A program made the position numbers and the translations under genes. A stretch of DNA of 63,990 nucleotides, counting the filler, from Rhizaria sp. SCN 62-66 (lineage: Eukaryota), in assembly GCA_001724265.1 (NCBI GenBank). It is 11 parts of 11 records of this genome, joined end to end, with 100 filler letters (N's around TTAATTAATTAA, not from the genome) between each part and the next. Parts side by side here need not be neighbours in the genome. Positions count along the whole stretch, not along the records: positions 58,770 to 63,990 come from MEDY01000642.1; 10 more parts are not named here. The stretch is one strand, 5' to 3'. The notes beneath the pieces are model-generated. The model did no database searches. It was not told the origin of the DNA and saw nothing but the letters and a program-made list of their open reading frames with translations. Shown piece after piece: positions 59,801 to 63,990 of the stretch (positions within the stretch are counted from its first letter, which is position 1; each line of letters begins with the position of its first letter).

Positions 59801-62053
59801 CTACGAACTGTACTCACGCACGCATTGCGGCCAATGCTCCCTCTCTATGTACTTGAGGTACACATTGTGAAGATCCTTGATCTTTTTAGGGACCCCGGGC
59901 TTTGCGATACCCGTCACAGGCAGCAAAGGCTCGCCTGTGGGCATCACCGTCTGCAGAAACCCCTCGTCACCTACGTTCGTCCTCTTCCTCTCCAGCACGA
60001 TGTTGCCGGCATCGTCCTTGCGGGCCCGGATCCACCGATCCTCTCGGATGCCGGCCACCTCCCTATAGCGGTCGTCCAGCGCGGCCTTCCACTGCTTTAT
60101 ATGGGTCGCCTTCACCTCCTCCACGGCGATGCGGCCCGGGTCAAGTGCGCTGGCCACGACTCTCCGCAAGCCCTCGACGTCAAAGACGTCGGCAGGCCTG
60201 TACTTGGCCGAGATGCACGAGAAGAGACGGTCGGGCGCAAACTTGGTGTGCCCCGGCACCATGAAGGAGCAGCGTACTTCAGAAAGGCGGTGGCTACGAA
60301 CCTGCTCTGCCGCCCACTGACACAGGAAACGGGACTTGATTGTCGCAGCATTATCGCCCCACACCACCAAACGCGCGCGCTCCGGCACCCTCTGAACCAC
60401 CAAGTCAAGGTACGTAAGCAGTGTGTCCGCTGACTTGTGCCCCCCTTCGTCCTCGCTTGTCAGGAAGACGAGGTTGTCCGGTCCCGGCATGCCTCGATGG
60501 ACGCACACGCCAAAGACGTGGACAACCAGCTTCGACTGGAAGTACGTTTGGCCCGGCTGGTTTCTGTTGCCGAAATAGGGCAGGTTTCGCTCCTGTTGGT
60601 AGTCGACCGATATCACCACTTCCGGGACATCGTCGAGGAGAGGCTGCTCAATGATGCAGGCGTTGTACGCCTCACGCTCGCGCCTTGCCTTGCCGAGGTG
60701 TACTCGACGGAGTTCCTTCACGCTCTCTACATCATCCAACGCAACAGTGGTATCCGCCCCTGCGTCACCCGTGCGCCGGTACGTGCCTCCGCGCGAGGAC
60801 TGCGCAAGACGGAGCTGGGCGCACGTGTCGCAATAGTCTGAGAAATGCGGCTTGATCGTCACTCCGCGGCACAGGTCGCGGAACCACCGCCGGATTGTAG
60901 CATCAGCAGGAATTTCCGCCGCACCTTGATCTTGTAGATGGCGTTGAAACGCCATAACGACTGACGCGCTGGGGTCGTGGTTTTGAGCAATCTCCTTCTC
61001 TGAGTACTCGGCAAGACGGCGGAAGCTCGCGTCGAAGAAGCGTATCGGACGACCTTGCCCTTGTATACGCCCAGATGGCTGGCTGTTTTCGTTCACAAAC
61101 ACAATAAACATTGTAATCGTCTGGGGCGAGTATGCGTTGCCTGGCTTGCGGCCTTGATTCCCATGAACGAGGCCCATGCGCAGACTAATTCTAAGTGACG
61201 GCCGGGCAAAGTGCCACCAATCCAGTACCGTCGCCTCTGCCTCGGCTACTTCTGGAATCAAAACACGGCGCAGTTGATCCGGGCGCACATATCGCCTTTC
61301 CAAGAACTCGACGCCTGCTTTCGCAACGCGGCCTTTAGCGAGAGAGTGAAGCCGCGCGTGCGTTTTGGAGTGAATTTGGAAAACAGACTCCACGCACAAT
61401 GCGCAATAGCGCTGATTTCCCTTCGCATCAAAAAGTCGATCAAACAAAAACGAGTTGCGGCTTGTTCGATGGGGCTTTCCGCGGAATGCGGCCTTGCCAG
61501 ATGTCGCCGGGTGCACCAGGGCGACATACTCCACTAGCAGAGGAAGAAGCTCAACGAAGCATACACAGGATGTTCGCAGGAATCGGGCCTTAGCCAAATC
61601 CAAATATTTATCTCCACGTTCCCTTTTAAGACACTCGATGGCCTCCGGCGGAAGATCATCCTCAACGACTTTACGAAATGCCGCTTCGTCTCGAGGCGAA
61701 GACACGGCTCGCTGAACATCATCCCGCAGCACCATCCCGCCGCGCAGATCACCGGCATGGAAACGATCGCGTGTTTCAATCCTGCGGCCAGCTCGAGTCG
61801 TCGCGCGAGAACCTGCATCGACCTCTTGTTGAACCATATCTGCTTCGGCTCCGGCCTCTCCGTCGACGTCAAACTCGTCGCCATCGTCTGATGGCCCATG
61901 GCCGAGCTGCGCGGGTCGTCCATCGTCGATCGCTGCGATGATTTCAGCAAGATCATCAAAGCTTGGAAGATTGTTGACGTCATGCAAAAGGACTGCTAAA
62001 GCTTGGTGCTCTTCGGTCCACATTTCGTTGCCATCATCTTCCGCGCTGTCCAT
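59801..62053 (-). mobile_element. DDD-type DNA transposase, Sola-like
   Basis: DYCDTC, VISVDYQQ..LP, QTYFQSKL.VHVFGV, SEDEGGHKSADTLLTYL, LVVWGDNAA..KS, FMVPGHTKFAPDRLFSCI; ATG at 62053; intact and intronless. Confidence 0.75.
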
Positions 62054-63990
62054 GGTCCGCAGCGTGGGTTGGGAGCAGCCCTCTGATTGCGAACCAATCG
62101 GAGCACGATTACAAGGGCTGAATCCAGGGGGGACTATGCAGACATTCAATCCCGAACCAATCCGGCATCAAGCCACAATGATTTGATTGGTCGAACAACA
62201 ACGATCGAACGCAACTTTTTGGATGTTTCGTCTCAGGGCCTTTTCCTGATCATAGGCGGGCAGTGGTCAAATTATGCAGTTCTTCATTGACTTGAGACAA
62301 AAACTACTAAGCCAATCGCCGAGCTGGTGGCAGATTTGGAATCAGCGCAGCAAACTGCATTGGAATTGCAATAGAATCCACTTTCACAGGGTTGTGGCAA
62401 TACTGCACATTTGCCTTACGGGAGCCTCAAATGTCATCCAAATGCTGGGCGGTAATTCTAAAGCGGATGTGTAGGATGGCAGAGCCTGTTGATCCTCGGT
62501 CTTAGTGCCAGGTCGGCATGTTGTTGTCCGTCCACATTTTTTTGTTGGAATATTTTTTCGAGGGCGTTTGCGGCGATTGTTCAATCGCGAGTTAGCAGCC
62601 CCTGCCTCGTTCACGGGCCGGCCGCTGACGAGTGGCGACGCCGCAGCACTTTCGGCGTTTCAAGTAATCTCTTTTGGCTCGACTCTGCTACTATCCGTCG
62701 TTTCATTGGCCGGGGATATTGGGCTATTATTGGCGCAGAAAGATTGTTTTTGACGACGGCTTGCGGCCAATCGTGTGTGTGGGTCTTCCCTTTGTTTTCT
62801 TTCTCGCTTCGAGACTCTGGGATCCATCACATCCTTTTGTGAACTCCGTTGTCCATATCAACATAGAGCTTCGACCCAGGTCCAGCTGCCCAGATCCCCA
62901 GACCTGAATTCTCACATGCGGTTGCAATGAATTCCCCGATTCTGCAATGATTTCCCCGATTTCCTTCGGCAACGTATCACATACTATATATTTAAACATG
63001 CGTCAATAGGAATTTAAGAAGACAGTTTTGCAGTTTGGACAGTAAAATAATTCGTCTGATAATTTATTTTGACGCCTATGCGAAGAGAGAGGAAGCGGCA
63101 GCAATGGAAGACGCACCGGTGCTTCTGAGCCAGGTTGTGGGCGGTCCATCGACGATGCTGACCTTGCGTGAGGCGATGAGGACGCGCTTGGAGACGCCAA
63201 AGGCAAAGCTGTAGTGATATACACAGCGCAATGAGCGTTGCGAAAGCAAATGCCGATGGTGCCTGCGGGGTCAGAAAATCGAGGTCGGCGCACGAAAGTG
63301 GTGATAGCGACACCGGCATCTCATAACTCACGAGAAGAGATACTAGTATAATTATACATAATTCCCAGCGCGAGGACTGACAGCGTCAAACAGCCGACGT
63401 TTAAAACTTTAAAATACTTTTAAGCTGCAAGGAGCCTTTGGGCGCGCTCCGGTCGCCACGCCGTACTCGCCATTGCTGCCACGCACAACCAATCAGGGGT
63501 GGAATCAGCCCCGGATCATTTGTTCAGGCCGCCTGGTAACACACTACGGAAACAGTACTATGAACACACAAGTATCACACATAACATTATTTATAATAAT
63601 CGTCATTCACCTGGCTGGAAACAATAAGTATACCTTATCCATTTGGAGCGCTTAAAAGTACAGTATGGCTGCGCTACCGCTAGATGGTGCGGGAGTGGTT
63701 CGGCCTTCTCATAACCTCCTTAGAGTGGTATACGAAAAAAAGGATCTCCACAAAAATGACGTCGCTCAATCTACAAAATAACGTTCATCTGGGGGCAATT
63801 CTCACCTAAACTACACGATTAAAACGCATAAAACAAAACATACATCGCAAATGCTAAAACGCAGATATAGGGACACCCAATCGGGATTCAAGATATTAGA
63901 CTGTCACATCTTCATTAATAATAATAAACGCAACACAAATTACTCGCTGACAACAGCGTTGATACGAGCATTGATCTCAGAGATCATCGG

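Noticed and set aside
62300..63330. Possible spliced minus-strand gene upstream of the transposase
   Set aside because: Short ORFs with no consistent exon chain or recognisable domain.

Overview
The window is not continuous DNA. It is 11 short contigs (about 5.2-6.2 kb) joined by artificial 100-nt linkers (N-run + TTAATTAATTAA + N-run). Most come from an intron-containing eukaryote, probably a protist, with GC-rich exons, AT-rich intergenic DNA and GTACG...YAG introns. Recognisable content: two tRNA-Cys copies, NIT1, a divergent PITP, UBA2, RPL27A, RPL30, an ABCC C-terminus, several low-complexity or membrane proteins, an intact L1/Tx1-type LINE that assembles as a circle or tandem array, a Crinkler/RHS-like NTPase-nuclease gene in a tandem unit with an alpha-tubulin fragment, a virus-like intronless contig with a PIF1 helicase, and a Sola-like transposase next to a HIRAN gene. 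The main finding is a probable non-standard nuclear genetic code. Thirteen in-frame TAG codons interrupt otherwise continuous frames in six genes on four contigs, several inside Gln or Ala-Gln repeats, while every complete host gene ends in TAA or TGA. This points to UAG=Gln with UAA and UGA kept as stops, so the supplied ORF track splits several genes.
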